A stretch of DNA of 63,892 nucleotides, the filler included, from Octopus bimaculoides (taxonomy: Eukaryota), in the NCBI RefSeq assembly GCF_001194135.2. It is 5 parts of 4 records of this genome, joined end to end, with 100 filler letters (N's around TTAATTAATTAA, not from the genome) between each part and the next. Parts side by side here need not be neighbours in the genome. Positions count along the whole stretch, not along the records: positions 26,029 to 43,666 come from NC_069001.1; positions 43,767 to 58,993 come from NC_068985.1; 3 more parts are not named here. One strand, written 5' to 3'. Below the pieces are notes generated by a model. That model was not told the origin of the DNA. It searched no databases and worked only from the letters and a program-made list of their open reading frames with translations. The translations under genes and the position numbers were made by a program. Each line of letters opens with the position of its first letter. Within the stretch, counting starts at the first letter, position 1. This document shows, one piece after another, positions 38,928 through 50,544 of the stretch.

Positions 38928-39864
38928 CTATAAGCACAAGTCCTGAAATTTTTGTGGAGAGGAGGGGCCAGTCGATTAGATCAGCCCCAGTACGCAACTG
39001 ATACTTAATTTATCGACTCCGAAAGCATGAAAGGCAAAGTCGACCTCGGCAGAATTTGAACTCGCCTTTAACTGTCACAATATAGAAACATTTCTCATGG
39101 CACCAGCACACAATTTACAGATGGTTACATTTTTATATTTTCCGTGAATTTTTCACGGGTCCAGCTAGTTAAATCCTTATTACAGTTATTAGGAATGGTG
39201 TAAGGGAAGAATCGTTAAAGCTTCAGATGTATTGTGTAGCAGCATTTTTACTTATTCATTGCGTTCTAGGTTCAAATCCCGCGGAGGTTACCTTTGCGTT
39301 TGCTTCTTCTGGGGTTGATAAAAAATAGTAGCAGTCAAGTACTGAGGTCGATGGTATCCACTAACACCTTCTCCTTAAAACTGCTTGTCTTTGACCTAAA
39401 TTAGAAGCCTTTATTTTGCGACTATTAAGCAAGTGATAAAATATTTTCTGATTAAATCAAATGGTCAACAATCTTGTAAAAAGAGTTGTAAGTTGGTACC
39501 ATTAACCCTAGGCTTGGACTTTATTTTATCGATTCCGAAAGAAGGAAAAACAAAGTTTACCCTGGCGGGATTTGATCTCAGAATGTAAAGACAAAGTGCC
39601 GCTAAGAATTTTGCCCTGCGTGTTAACGATTCGGTCAGCTAATAATAATAATCCTTTTTATTATAGGCACAAGACCTGAAATTTTGGGGGAGGGAGTTAG
39701 TCGATTACATCGACCCTAGTACTCAACTATTACTTATTTCATCGACACCGAAAGGATGAAGGGCAATGTCGACTTCAGCAGAATTTGAATTAAGAAGAAG
39801 ACGGACGAAATACCGCTAAGCATTTCCTCTGGCGTGCTAACGATTCTGCCAGATCGCCGCCTTC

Positions 39865-39865
<1 letters not shown>
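38928..39865. mobile_element. Cluster of four SINE-A copies (- 38928-39065; + 39225-39410; - 39490-39640; - 39648-39862)
   Basis: Family A homology; the last copy is flanked on both sides by (TAA)n. Confidence 0.8.
39142..39169 (+). mobile_element. Helitron-like 3' terminus
   Basis: Hairpin ccgtgaa-ttt-ttcacgg, then gtccag and CTAG|T. Confidence 0.6.
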
Positions 39866-39922
<57 letters not shown>

Positions 39923-39944
39923 TGATGATGATGATGATGATGAT

Positions 39945-40190
39945 TTCTTTATTAACCACAAAGGGTTTACATTAACAAAAATATTAAGGACACTACAGGA
40001 CAAAACCAAGAATGTGTGTGTAAGTGTGTGTAGTGAGGGGTTTGCGTGTAAACAAGACTAACGATATATTAAAAAAAAATCAACAATGTGTAATCCTCAA
40101 TAGGGAAAGGACGTTCAGGAGCTGGTCATGGAAAAACCCATGAAAAAACATGCGTACCTTACTTTTGAGGCAGGTGCCTTCTTTATTCCT
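39945..40190 (-). mobile_element. 3' end of a probable L1/Tx1-like LINE
   Basis: The minus strand has ...LKSKVRM..., then AATAAA immediately before an (ATC)n(ATT)n tail. The family assignment is tentative. Confidence 0.4.
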
Positions 40191-40259
40191 TTTATCAAAT
40201 CGGGCCGACCAAAGCCTTGTGAGTGGATTTGGTAGACGGAAACTGAAAGAAGCCCGTCG

Positions 40260-40312
<53 letters not shown>

Positions 40313-41398
40313 NNNNNNNNNNNNNNNNNNNNNNNNNNNNNNNNNNNNNNNNNNNNNNNNNNNNNNNNNNNNNNNNNNNNNNNNNNNNNNNNNNNNNNNN
40401 NNNNNNNNNNNNNNNNNNNNNNNNNNNNNNNNNNNNNNNNNNNNNNNNNNNNNNNNNNNNNNNNNNNNNNNNNNNNNNNNNNNNNNNNNNNNNNNNNNNN
40501 NNNNNNNNNNNNNNNNNNNNNNNNNNNNNNNNNNNNNNNNNNNNNNNNNNNNNNNNNNNNNNNNNNNNNNNNNNNNNNNNNNNNNNNNNNNNNNNNNNNN
40601 NNNNNNNNNNNNNNNNNNNNNNNNNNNNNNNNNNNNNNNNNNNNNNNNNNNNNNNNNNNNNNNNNNNNNNNNNNNNNNNNNNNNNNNNNNNNNNNNNNNN
40701 NNNNNNNNNNNNNNNNNNNNNNNNNNNNNNNNNNNNNNNNNNNNNNNNNNNNNNNNNNNNNNNNNNNNNNNNNNNNNNNNNNNNNNNNNNNNNNNNNNNN
40801 NNNNNNNNNNNNNNNNNNNNNNNNNNNNNNNNNNNNNNNNNNNNNNNNNNNNNNNNNNNNNNNNNNNNNNNNNNNNNNNNNNNNNNNNNNNNNNNNNNNN
40901 NNNNNNNNNNNNNNNNNNNNNNNNNNNNNNNACACGTATATATATATATATATATATACACCTAACACTCTACACACACACAAATATATATATATATATA
41001 TATATATAAATACACACACATACACGTACAACAGCAACTCGATTGTAAGATATAAATGTAGGGATTAGGTCAATAGCACTCAGGTTTCTGTGGAATACTC
41101 AGCCACTTATACACCCGCTAATTCAAAGAACGGGCAGTTCGGTTGATTGAACACCTGAATACAAATGCATTAAAATCGACAGAACTTAATTTACATATTC
41201 ATATGCATATGAGTTCTTACCGCATTAGCCGAACCCGTAAACGTATTCAAGTATGATCCCCTCATTTGATAGTCGAGGCTTTGTTTTAATTGTGGGAGGC
41301 CATGGAAGGATGTCCGCTTGAATAATATGATAATGTCAACATTGACACAAGTTGCCGTCGACTAACAATCCTATATAAATTATATTTTATAGGAAGGG

Positions 41399-41455
41399 AA
41401 TGATAGAAACGACAAATTAGGTATTATATATACTTAATTTGTCGTTTCTATCATT
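41399..41455. other. Near-perfect 57-nt inverted repeat
   Basis: aatgatagaaacgacaaatta (41399-41419) pairs perfectly with 41435-41455, extended inward by a G-T pair and 4 more bp. Confidence 0.9.
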
Positions 41456-42122
41456 TATATATATATATATATTTATGTATGTATGTATGTATGTATGTAT
41501 GTATATAGAAATATGTATATATGTATGTATATGTATGTATATGTATATGTATATATGTATGTATGTATATATATNNNNNNNNNNNNNNNNNNNNNNNNNN
41601 NNNNNNNNNNNNNNNNNNNNNNNNNNNNNNNNNNNNNNNNNNNNNNNNNNNNNNNNNNNNNNNNNNNNNNNNNNNNNNNNNNNNNNNNNNNNNNNNNNNN
41701 NNNNNNNNNNNNNNNNNNNNNNNNNNNNNNNNNNNNNNNNNNNNNNNNNNNNNNNNNNNNNNNNNNNNNNNNNNNNNNNNNNNNNNNNNNNNNNNNNNNN
41801 NNNNNNNNNNNNNNNNNNNNNNNNNNNNNNNNNNNNNNNNNNNNNNNNNNNNNNNNNNNNNNNNNNNNNNNNNNNNNNNNNNNNNNNNNNNNNNNNNNNN
41901 NNNNNNNNNNNNNNNNNNNNNNNNNNNNNNNNNNNNNNNNNNNNNNNNNNNNNNNNNNNNNNNNNNNNNNNNNNNNNNNNNNNNNNNNNNNNNNNNNNNN
42001 NNNNNNNNNNNNNNNNNNNNNNNNNNNNNNNNNNNNNNNNNNNNNNNNNNNNNNNNNNNNNNNNNNNNNNNNNNNNNNNNNNNNNNNNNNNNNNNNNNNN
42101 NNNNNNNNNNNNNNNNNNNNNN

Positions 42123-42169
<47 letters not shown>

Positions 42170-42461
42170 CAGATAGATAGATAGATAGATAGAGTCACGT
42201 CAGAATAATAAAGTAGACTTACTTGCAAAAAAGGACGTGTGCGTTCAATAATGTAATAATACAAAGAATATATATACATGTATACACACATATATGTACA
42301 TACTTACATCTACATGTGTATATATATGCATATCAGGGTACATCACGTTAGAACAATGAACTACAGACAACGGAACGAACACATAGGAAAACGGGAAGCC
42401 ACTTGAAAAGAATGAGATCAAGAGACCAATGGCATAAGTAAATTTATATTTTATGTAGAAT

Positions 42462-42510
42462 GTCTTACAGCTGTTTCAGGGAAAGTTCAATGTATCCCTT
42501 CATCGGAGAC
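42462..42510 (-). ncRNA. Minimal type I hammerhead-like motif with palindromic stem III
   Basis: gtct-CCGATGA-aggga(12 nt)tccct-GAAA-cagctg-TA-agac: stem I 4 bp, stem II 5 bp, and the perfect palindrome ACAGCTGT. One core substitution (U4C). Confidence 0.7.
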
Positions 42511-42904
42511 GGTAATAGTAGAAGAATGGATTATTACATCTATCTGGTGAAATCTCTCCAGCGTTTTCATATGATGCCTGTAAGTGGTCCACCTCTCACT
42601 TGAATAAGAACGGGCAGTCAATATACACTGATTTTTAATAAAATAGGACACTAATTAGAGGCCTTGGGAAAAAGACAGGTCACATTTGGAATGAATTTTT
42701 TCATAGATTTACTCATTCAAGACAGATCATGGGCTAAAACAGTTGTAAGGAAGTGTAGGTATATATTATATAACCTCTTGAAATGGTTTTCAGTCATAAG
42801 TGATGCTATTTATTAGTCATTAGTCGTTAGTCGTAACAAAACGTTTTCGCAAAGACAGCGATTGGTAGAACGAGGCATATAAAACTGACTCAGATTCTTA
42901 AGAG

Positions 42905-43370
42905 GTCATCTTGTGGCTTATTGGTGGTAATGGTGGTGGTGGTAGTGGTGGTGGTGGTAGTGGTGGTGGTGGTGGTGGTGGTGGTGGTGGCTATGTTGGT
43001 GGTGGAGGTGGAAGTGGTGGAGGTGGAAGTGGTGGAGGTGGAAGTGGTGGTGGTGGAGGATATCGTCGTCTCGTCGTCATTGTGCAGTAATAGCGGACAG
43101 TGCAACAGCATTACAATGGTAGTGGTGGTGGCGGTGGTTTATGGTGGTGGTGGTGGTGATGGTGGTGTGAGTGTGTGGTATGTGTAGTGGGTGTGGTGAT
43201 GGTTGTAGTGGTGGTTGTGATAGTTGGTGGTGATGGTAGTAGTGATGGCGGTGGTGACTGCAGTAGCGGTGACGACAACCACGACAATGATGATGGTGAT
43301 GATGAAGGTTATGATGACGGTGGTGGTGGTAGTGCTGCTGTTGCTGCTGCTGCTGCTGCTGGTGGGTGAT
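42905..43370. repeat. (GGT)n-rich compound trinucleotide field
   Basis: Direct reading; it explains the poly-V and poly-T ORFs. Confidence 0.95.
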
Positions 43371-43616
43371 GGAGGTTATGATTTATACAAATGGAGTTTG
43401 ATGTCTGAAAGATCACGGCTGGGTGAACTGCTATTATTTTTCGTATACTATTCTCATTACCAGTCTTTTGATAATTCTATGGTCCTGTGGGTTAACGGAT
43501 TAAAGGATTAACATTGTAGTAACACAAACAAACGAAACGAAGCTAAATCCAGCAAACAACATGTGCATATGCGTATGTGTTCGTGTGTTTGTGTGTGTGT
43601 GTGTGTGCGTGCGTGC

Positions 43617-43666
<50 letters not shown>

Positions 43667-43766
43667 NNNNNNNNNNNNNNNNNNNNNNNNNNNNNNNNNN
43701 NNNNNNNNNNTTAATTAATTAANNNNNNNNNNNNNNNNNNNNNNNNNNNNNNNNNNNNNNNNNNNN
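43667..43766. other. Artificial scaffold linker N44-TTAATTAATTAA-N44
   Basis: Same 100-bp structure as 12394-12493. Confidence 0.95.
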
Positions 43767-43803
<37 letters not shown>

Positions 43804-44068
43804 GATTTGGTTTGCAAGATTCTTTATGTGAGTTCGTGCGTTGGAGCATATTTCGTTGTGTCTGAGGAGAATCATTCTCTTTTAGTGCCTTATTATTTAA
43901 GACACTCACCGGTAAAGTTTCCACTCAATTATTTATTTTTCCTAAAATTTTCGCTGCGTCTTACAATCTTTTCAATAGTCGTTGACTGTAGAAAAGGTTG
44001 CAAGATGCAACAAAAATCTTAGGAACGTACATACGTACATAGCTGCATGCATGCATACATACATACAT

Positions 44069-44520
44069 ACATACATAGCGAAAAAGATTAGAGAAAAAGA
44101 AAATACCTACGCTGACCTAATGAGGAATCTACAGCTACTCTATCCAGATTATTAGTTCATGTTTATACCTATAATTATTGGGGCATTGGGATATGTAACA
44201 CACTGCCAAAGTAACAATCTTGAGAAATTAGGCTTCTCAAAACCAGAAACCAGAAAGGAGAAAGCTAATTCGAAGACTACAGATTCAAGCCATCACTGGA
44301 ATTGTAAAAACTGTAAAACTTTCCAGAAGTTTATCATTTAAGTATATATGACTATGTCTAGACATACAACTATATGCATGAGAATACATACATAAAGCAA
44401 AGCATACAAACCTGCACATATACATACATACAAAAATACCTTGTTGATGTTGTTGATATTCCTATGTTAGAAACCAGCTCTTTCTCTATTAGCAAATAAT
44501 CTTGAAATATAATTGAAAAG
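44069..44520 (+). mobile_element. 5'-truncated non-LTR element with a restriction-like endonuclease C-terminus plus 3' UTR
   Basis: Translation gives EKENTYADLMRNLQLLYPDY*FMFIPIIIGALGYV...KLIRRLQIQAITG..K.CKTFQKFII*. The IPIIIGALG segment is typical of R4/NeSL-type RLE domains. Flanked by (CATA)n and (CA)n. Confidence 0.75.
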
Positions 44521-44521
44521 T

Positions 44522-44552
<31 letters not shown>

Positions 44553-44708
44553 GCACACCGCACACGTACACAAACACTTCAATTGCACCATGTCTATTCT
44601 CTCTTACCATTCTTTCCTGTTTTCGATTGTTGCTAGTTTAATGACTTTAAACGGACAGTTTTGCATTTGTGTCTCCCACGGGTGTTTCGCACAATAAACG
44701 TGTGCGTC

Positions 44709-44741
<33 letters not shown>

Positions 44742-46023
44742 NNNNNNNNNNNNNNNNNNNNNNNNNNNNNNNNNNNNNNNNNNNNNNNNNNNNNNNNNNN
44801 NNNNNNNNNNNNNNNNNNNNNNNNNNNNNNNNNNNNNNNNNNNNNNNNNNNNNNNNNNNNNNNNNNNNNNNNNNNNNNNNNNNNNNNNNNNNNNNNNNNN
44901 NNNNNNNNNNNNNNNNNNNNNNNNNNNNNNNNNNNNNNNNNNNNNNNNNNNNNNNNNNNNNNNNNNNNNNNNNNNNNNNNNNNNNNNNNNNNNNNNNNNN
45001 NNNNNNNNNNNNNNNNNNNNNNNNNNNNNNNNNNNNNNNNNNNNNNNNNNNNNNNNNNNNNNNNNNNNNNNNNNNNNNNNNNNNNNNNNNNNNNNNNNNN
45101 NNNNNNNNNNNNNNNNNNNNNNNNNNNNNNNNNNNNNNNNNNNNNNNNNNNNNNNNNNNNNNNNNNNNNNNNNNNNNNNNNNNNNNNNNNNNNNNNNNNN
45201 NNNNNNNNNNNNNNNNNNNNNNNNNNNNNNNNNNNNNNNNNNNNNNNNNNNNNNNNNNNNNNNNNNNNNNNNNNNNNNNNNNNNNNNNNNNNNNNNNNNN
45301 NNNNNNNNNNNNNNNNNNNNNNNNNNNNNNNNNNNNNNNNNNNNNNNNNNNNNNNNNNNNNNNNNNNNNNNNNNNNNNNNNNNNNNNNNNNNNNNNNNNN
45401 NNNNNNNNNNNNNNNNNNNNNNNNNNNNNNNNNNNNNNNNNNNNNNNNNNNNNNNNNNNNNNNNNNNNNNNNNNNNNNNNNNNNNNNNNNNNNNNNNNNN
45501 NNNNNNNNNNNNNNNNNNNNNNNNNNNNNNNNNNNNNNNNNNNNNNNNNNNNNNNNNNNNNNNNNNNNNNNNNNNNNNNNNNNNNNNNNNNNNNNNNNNN
45601 NNNNNNNNNNNNNNNNNNNNNNNNNNNNNNNNNNNNNNNNNNNNNNNNNNNNNNNNNNNNNNNNNNNNNNNNNNNNNNNNNNNNNNNNNNNNNNNNNTAT
45701 ATATACTTAAAAATGAATATATACACAGTATAGAGTGACTGTTGACTAATGTGTTCCTATGCACGTTGACAGATCTTGTTTATCATTGCACATGGCGTCC
45801 AAATAAACCTGCTGTGTATGTGATTAGCTTAGTCACCGACGATCCGTCCACATGCAGATTGCACTGACTTGGTTAGTTAACACTTGTTGGCGTGTGGTTA
45901 TCAGAATCCTGGCATGTGATTATACGCATAACTTTTACCATATAGCGATGCATGCACTTATGTGTGTGCCTCTGTGTGTGTGTGTGTGCATATGTATTTT
46001 ATTGTATTTCATTATAATTTGAG

Positions 46024-46141
<118 letters not shown>

Positions 46142-46250
46142 GTCAATTCAAATAAACAATCAATTAAAAAAAATGAATAATAAAATTAACGGAGAACAAG
46201 AGGACGTGCACAAGGAATATATCAACTTGGCGCTCGGTGAAAAGAGAGAG

Positions 46251-46283
46251 TTTGACGTTTCGAGCTAAGCTCGTCGTCGGAAA
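46251..46283 (-). ncRNA. Minimal hammerhead-like motif, same family as 32183-32219
   Basis: ttt-CCGACGA-c-gagc tta gctc-GAAA-c-GTC-aaa. Confidence 0.55.
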
Positions 46284-46310
46284 GAAGGTAAAGAGATCGT
46301 CAACAGGGAG

Positions 46311-46628
46311 CGTCGCTTAGTGGTTAGGAGCATTCGAATCACGATCGTAAGGTCATGAGTTTGATTCCCGGCGGCGCACTGTGTACTTGAGCAAGACACT
46401 TTATTTCACGTTGCTTCAGTCCATTCAGCTAGCAAAATTGAGTAATACCTCTGTTTAGAAGGGCCAGCCTTGTCACACACTGTGTCACTCCGAATCTCCC
46501 AGAGAACTGCATTAAGGGTACACTTGTTTATGAAGTGCTCAGCCACTTTCACGTTAATTTCACGAGCAGGCCGTTCCGTTGATCGGATCAGCTGGAACCT
46601 TTGTCTTCGTAGCCGACGGTGTGCCATG
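46311..46628 (+). mobile_element. tRNA-derived SINE family C with a CORE-like central segment
   Basis: Head gcttagtggttagg...gagtttgattcccggc, then tgtgtacttgagcaagacactttatttcacgttgcttcagtccattcagctagcaaaattgagt, which resembles the CORE domain. Homologs at 56855-57170 and, partially, 41065-41260. Confidence 0.8.
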
Positions 46629-46714
46629 TATATATAATTACTATGTACGGTGTCCAAACCGTAGCTTGTAAACCGTATGCGGCCCTTTGACTGTTAATAT
46701 ATGTAGTTCGGGAA

Positions 46715-46920
46715 GGGGGTGAGCTGTCAGAAACGCTTCCGGACAAAATACTTAGCGGCATTTCTTCTGACTTTGCATTCTGGGTTCAGATGCCTCCCAT
46801 GTCACCTTTGCTTTTCATCCTTTCGGGGTCGATGTAATAAGTACCCCTTGGGAACTGGAGTCGGTGTAATCGACTTACCCCTTCCACGAAATGCTAGCCT
46901 TGAGCCAAAATGTTAAACCA
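46715..46920 (+). mobile_element. SINE family A
   Basis: Family A homology. Confidence 0.8.
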
Positions 46921-47379
46921 ATACATGTGGCTTGGGGAAATGTGCTGGCCGAGCTCTTTGTTTTTTTTTAATTATCACAGTTAATATAAGAGTTAGATAA
47001 GAAAATATTCAAGCTTTATAATTATTTATTTGGTGTGAACTGATCCAGCAGTGTTGCGGAATAGGCTTTTCTTACTTTTATCAAATAAACCAAAAGATAA
47101 AATCGTAATGATTTTTTTAAAATTTCTGCCCTTTCAGTTTTAGCTTTGTACTCATTGAGTTTCTCATCACGTGTCCCATTCAAGTTGTTTGCTTCTTGAA
47201 TGCTATTTTCAAACGCTCTCTCGAAACACGCTTGAAAGAGACAACAAACGGGAGAATTTATCTGATGTCTCTTCCATTCTTTATCTTTTACCGCTTGTCA
47301 TATTTCTTTTTTCACAATAGTCATTATCACATTATCTGCTTAGAATAATATTGATGTCATTTATTAACCCAATAATTTA

Positions 47380-48230
47380 TATTATTTTACTTCTTGGTGG
47401 AGCTGTCTCAACACAACAGTGAGTCAGAGAAATAATTCTGAACGATAGTGCTAGATATTGGCGAGCCATGGTTCTTTAGTTCTTAGAGCAAAGAAAAGAT
47501 CCTCTTCTCAATTGGAAAATTATGAATGAATGCAAAATTTGATGTTCTTTACCAATATAATTAATCATCTACAAGCTCTTAACTTGGCGCTCCAAGGGAA
47601 GAATAATATTTCTTCTGATCTTACGCAGATTTTTTAGTTTCCAGAGTAAAATAAAACTTTTCAAAGTAATATATTCTCAAAACAGGAGTTACTACATTCC
47701 CTGATGCTGAAATAGAACATCACAAGCTGGAAGGACACAAGCTGGAAGGACACAAGCTGGAAGGACACAAGCTGGAAGGACACAAGCATAAATTACAAGG
47801 GTTGCTTGATAATAACTTCGTAACCAGGTTTGATGTCTTACAGATGATAAATCCCTGCTTTCATTGATTGTGTGTTCAATGGTGGTTGTCCAATTCTCAA
47901 CTCTCTAGTTACAGAATTATCTGCTATGAAAACGGAACAAATGAAATTACAAGAGTTCCTGGGTCTAAAAATGATCCATAAATCCCAGTCTGCAATTTAG
48001 TTGTGGAAAGAAGTTCCAGAAATGAAATATTCTGACTGAAGAAAACGAACGTGCGATTCATCTCAACTTTTAGCTTAACATGACTGTACTCTGTAATGAA
48101 CTTTGTGAAATTGAAGTTCAGGGCAAACCTCAGAAATCGTTACTTGACGGAGCTAATTCATTCGGCCTTGACAACGTATCAACCAAATTTCCAGCCAAGA
48201 TAGAAACCCACAAAATCTCTATGTGTAATA
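47380..48230 (+). pseudogene. hAT (Charlie/SPIN/GTF2IRD2-like) transposase C-terminal remnant
   Basis: Translation gives LMFFTNIINHLQALNLALQGKNN, LWKEVPEMKYSD..KT and NLRNRYLT...LTTYQPNF, resembling LxFLxDIxxHLNxLNLxLQG and the hAT dimerization region. Heavily decayed. Confidence 0.7.
47721..47787 (+). repeat. 15-bp tandem repeat (cacaagctggaagga)x4.5
   Basis: Direct reading. Confidence 0.95.
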
Positions 48231-48284
48231 AACAGCTGCTTCAAAGTCTGATATATGCTTCATTGTCTGTTTGTCATAAAAATG

Positions 48285-48665
48285 TTTGTCATAAAAATAT
48301 TCTTTTCTACTCTAGGCACAAGGCCCGAAATTTTAAGGGAAGATTCCAGTCGATTAGATCGACCCCAGTACGCAACTGGTACTTAATTTATCGACCCAGT
48401 ACTAACAATTCTTATTTCTTTTTTGCCCGCAAGGGGCTAAACATAGAGGGGACAAACAACGACAGACAAAGGGATTAAGTCGATTACATCGACCCCCAGT
48501 GCGTAACTGGTACTTAATTTATCGACCCAGTAAGGATGAAAGGCAAAGTCGACCTCGGCGGAATTTGAACTCAGAACGTAAAGCCAGGCAAAATACTGCT
48601 AAGTATTTTGCCCAGCGTGCTAACGTTTCTGATAGCTCGCCGCCTTCATTTGTCATAAAAATATT
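48285..48665 (-). mobile_element. Composite SINE-A (two different tails, one head) bounded by a 17-bp TSD
   Basis: tttgtcataaaaatatt occurs at 48285-48301 and 48649-48665. Confidence 0.85.
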
Positions 48666-49274
48666 AAGATAAGACTAACTTTGTATGGTAGAGTCTGATT
48701 TAAATATCTATAATTTTCTTGGTTTGCTTTTTTGCATATTTTTCCTTTTTTTTTTTTTCCTTTTCATTTTTGTATTTGACAGTCTAATTTTATGCGATTG
48801 AAATACAAATTCGCACATTTTTCCTAAGCCATTCTGTCGTTTGTTACTATATTAAATACTCTAAAACTTTTAACAAAACTTTTATAATCTGAAATTAATA
48901 CAACTTAACAGTTCAAGAAACTGTATTAATGAATAACATTTATTGCATTCATGCAAAATATGTAACAAAACATATTCCTTTATTTTACTAGTTTCAATCA
49001 CTAGACAGCGACCACGTTGAAGCACCGCCTCCAAAGTATTTAGTCAATCATATCAACTGCAGTACTTATTTTTTTCATGTCTGATATTTATTTTATCAAT
49101 CTAAATTGCGAAACATAAACAGACACAAATACAAACGTAAACACAGCATAAATTTAATTCGTGTCTTGCGACTCTCAAACACCTAAAATTTATCGGAAAT
49201 GCTTTTTACGTTAAGCAAACTTGACCACCTCAAGATGTATGTATATATGTGTGTATGTATGTATGTATGTATGT

Positions 49275-49486
49275 CGTTATTCAGTTTATTTCAAGGTTTC
49301 TTGCCAATAGAGAAAGAACCGCTTTCTAACCTAGATCCAAGGCTCCTTTATTGGAATTTCAGCAAGAACAGGGTATGTATGTATGTATGTATGTATGTAT
49401 GTGCAGATTTGTATGTTTTATGTATGTATTCTAGTGCATATAGTTGCATATCTAGACATGTTCATATACATTTAAATGATAAATTT
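49275..49486 (-). mobile_element. 3' UTR of the same RLE family as 44069-44520, with an (ACAT)n tail
   Basis: The reverse complement aligns with 44330-44520 (tttatcatttaa...atgtctaga...caactatatgca...ttctttctctatt...ttgaaata). Confidence 0.8.
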
Positions 49487-50369
49487 GTGGTATATAATCC
49501 TGACTACCACTACTACTACAATAATCGTTGCGGTTGTGCCTGCTATTTACCATAGTCGTAGTAGAAGGACAGGGGTCATTTACTTGAGCCAGTAATGTAG
49601 TTTGGCTAACAGGCACTATGGAATCTGTTGCAATGTCGCTAGCTGCAAAACCACGTGGTGGTCTTATATCATTCACGTTTTCGTTTTAGTTTATGGGAAG
49701 AAGGTTAATTTTCGATTTTTTAAATAAAGTTATAGTTACTAACCTTCTTTCTATGTTCTACAAATGTTGCTTGTTGGCATAGTTGCTTCGCAGTAAAATG
49801 ATTTAACTCTGGATGCGGATCGTCCCAATATGATTTCAATTGATTCATTTAGCCAACAGCGGGGTTTTGCTTCGCTTTTTTATTGCAGTAAAATTGATCA
49901 TTATTCAATTCATAACTCTAAGAGAAATGAGTTTTGTAGTTACAGTTTCTTGTATAACTACAGCTTGAAAGAATTTGTTTACCTGCTGAGCTGTTGTTTT
50001 CGTTCTGTTCCTCGATTGTGTTGTTGTTGATGTTGTGTTGTTGATGTTGTGTCCAGAGATTCCAGTTTGTAGTAACTCTCTGTATGCTAAATTCCAGTTA
50101 CAGTCGAAAATCACTACGATTGTAAATAAAAGGCTCTCTCAGTTAATTCTGAAGGTTAACCAGTTATTTAACAAAGCTGATAGTTGTGGCTCCAAAGCTG
50201 GAGATACTATTCATCGTATTTTCAATAAATAGTCTCCCACGCCAAATACGTGACTTGCCGCTTCGAGTCTATGTATATATGTATGTATGTATGTACAAGT
50301 TCCGAACCCCAAGCATACTAGTAAACTATTTAATCTGAGTCGGTTGAGTTTCAAATGTAAGGCCTTTGA

Positions 50370-50535
50370 GATTTTGTGTGAAATGCTATATGCTGACGAT
50401 GACGACTTGGTGGCTTATTGAGAACAAGATATGCATCTGTTAATGGACAATTTTTCAAAAGCTTGCATTGCGTTTCGCTATTACTTTAATAAAGATTAAT
50501 GCAATGCTCACGCCAGCGCCTGGGGAAGCTTATAC
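50370..50535 (+). pseudogene. RTE-type RT fragment
   Basis: Translation MLYADDDDLVAY*EQDMHLLMDNFSKACIAF...PAPGEAY parallels the YADDCDLV...PAPGNPY of 59094-61385. Confidence 0.75.
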
Positions 50536-50544
50536 ATCAGGGTA

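Noticed and set aside
39640-39920. SINE-A flanked by (TAA)n, suggesting mobilisation by the TAA-associated R4/Dong element
   Set aside because: There is no sequence similarity between the SINE-A tail and the R4-like 3' UTR at 13354-13545, and most SINE-A copies lack TAA on both sides.
46311-46380. tRNA-like sequences at SINE heads (also 2710-2790, 28480-28540, 56855-56920)
   Set aside because: They are degenerate, lack a full cloverleaf and continue into SINE bodies, so they are not tRNA genes.
47721-47787. Short direct-repeat arrays considered as CRISPR-like (also 38625-38695)
   Set aside because: They have no unique spacers and occur in a eukaryotic context; they are simple tandem repeats.
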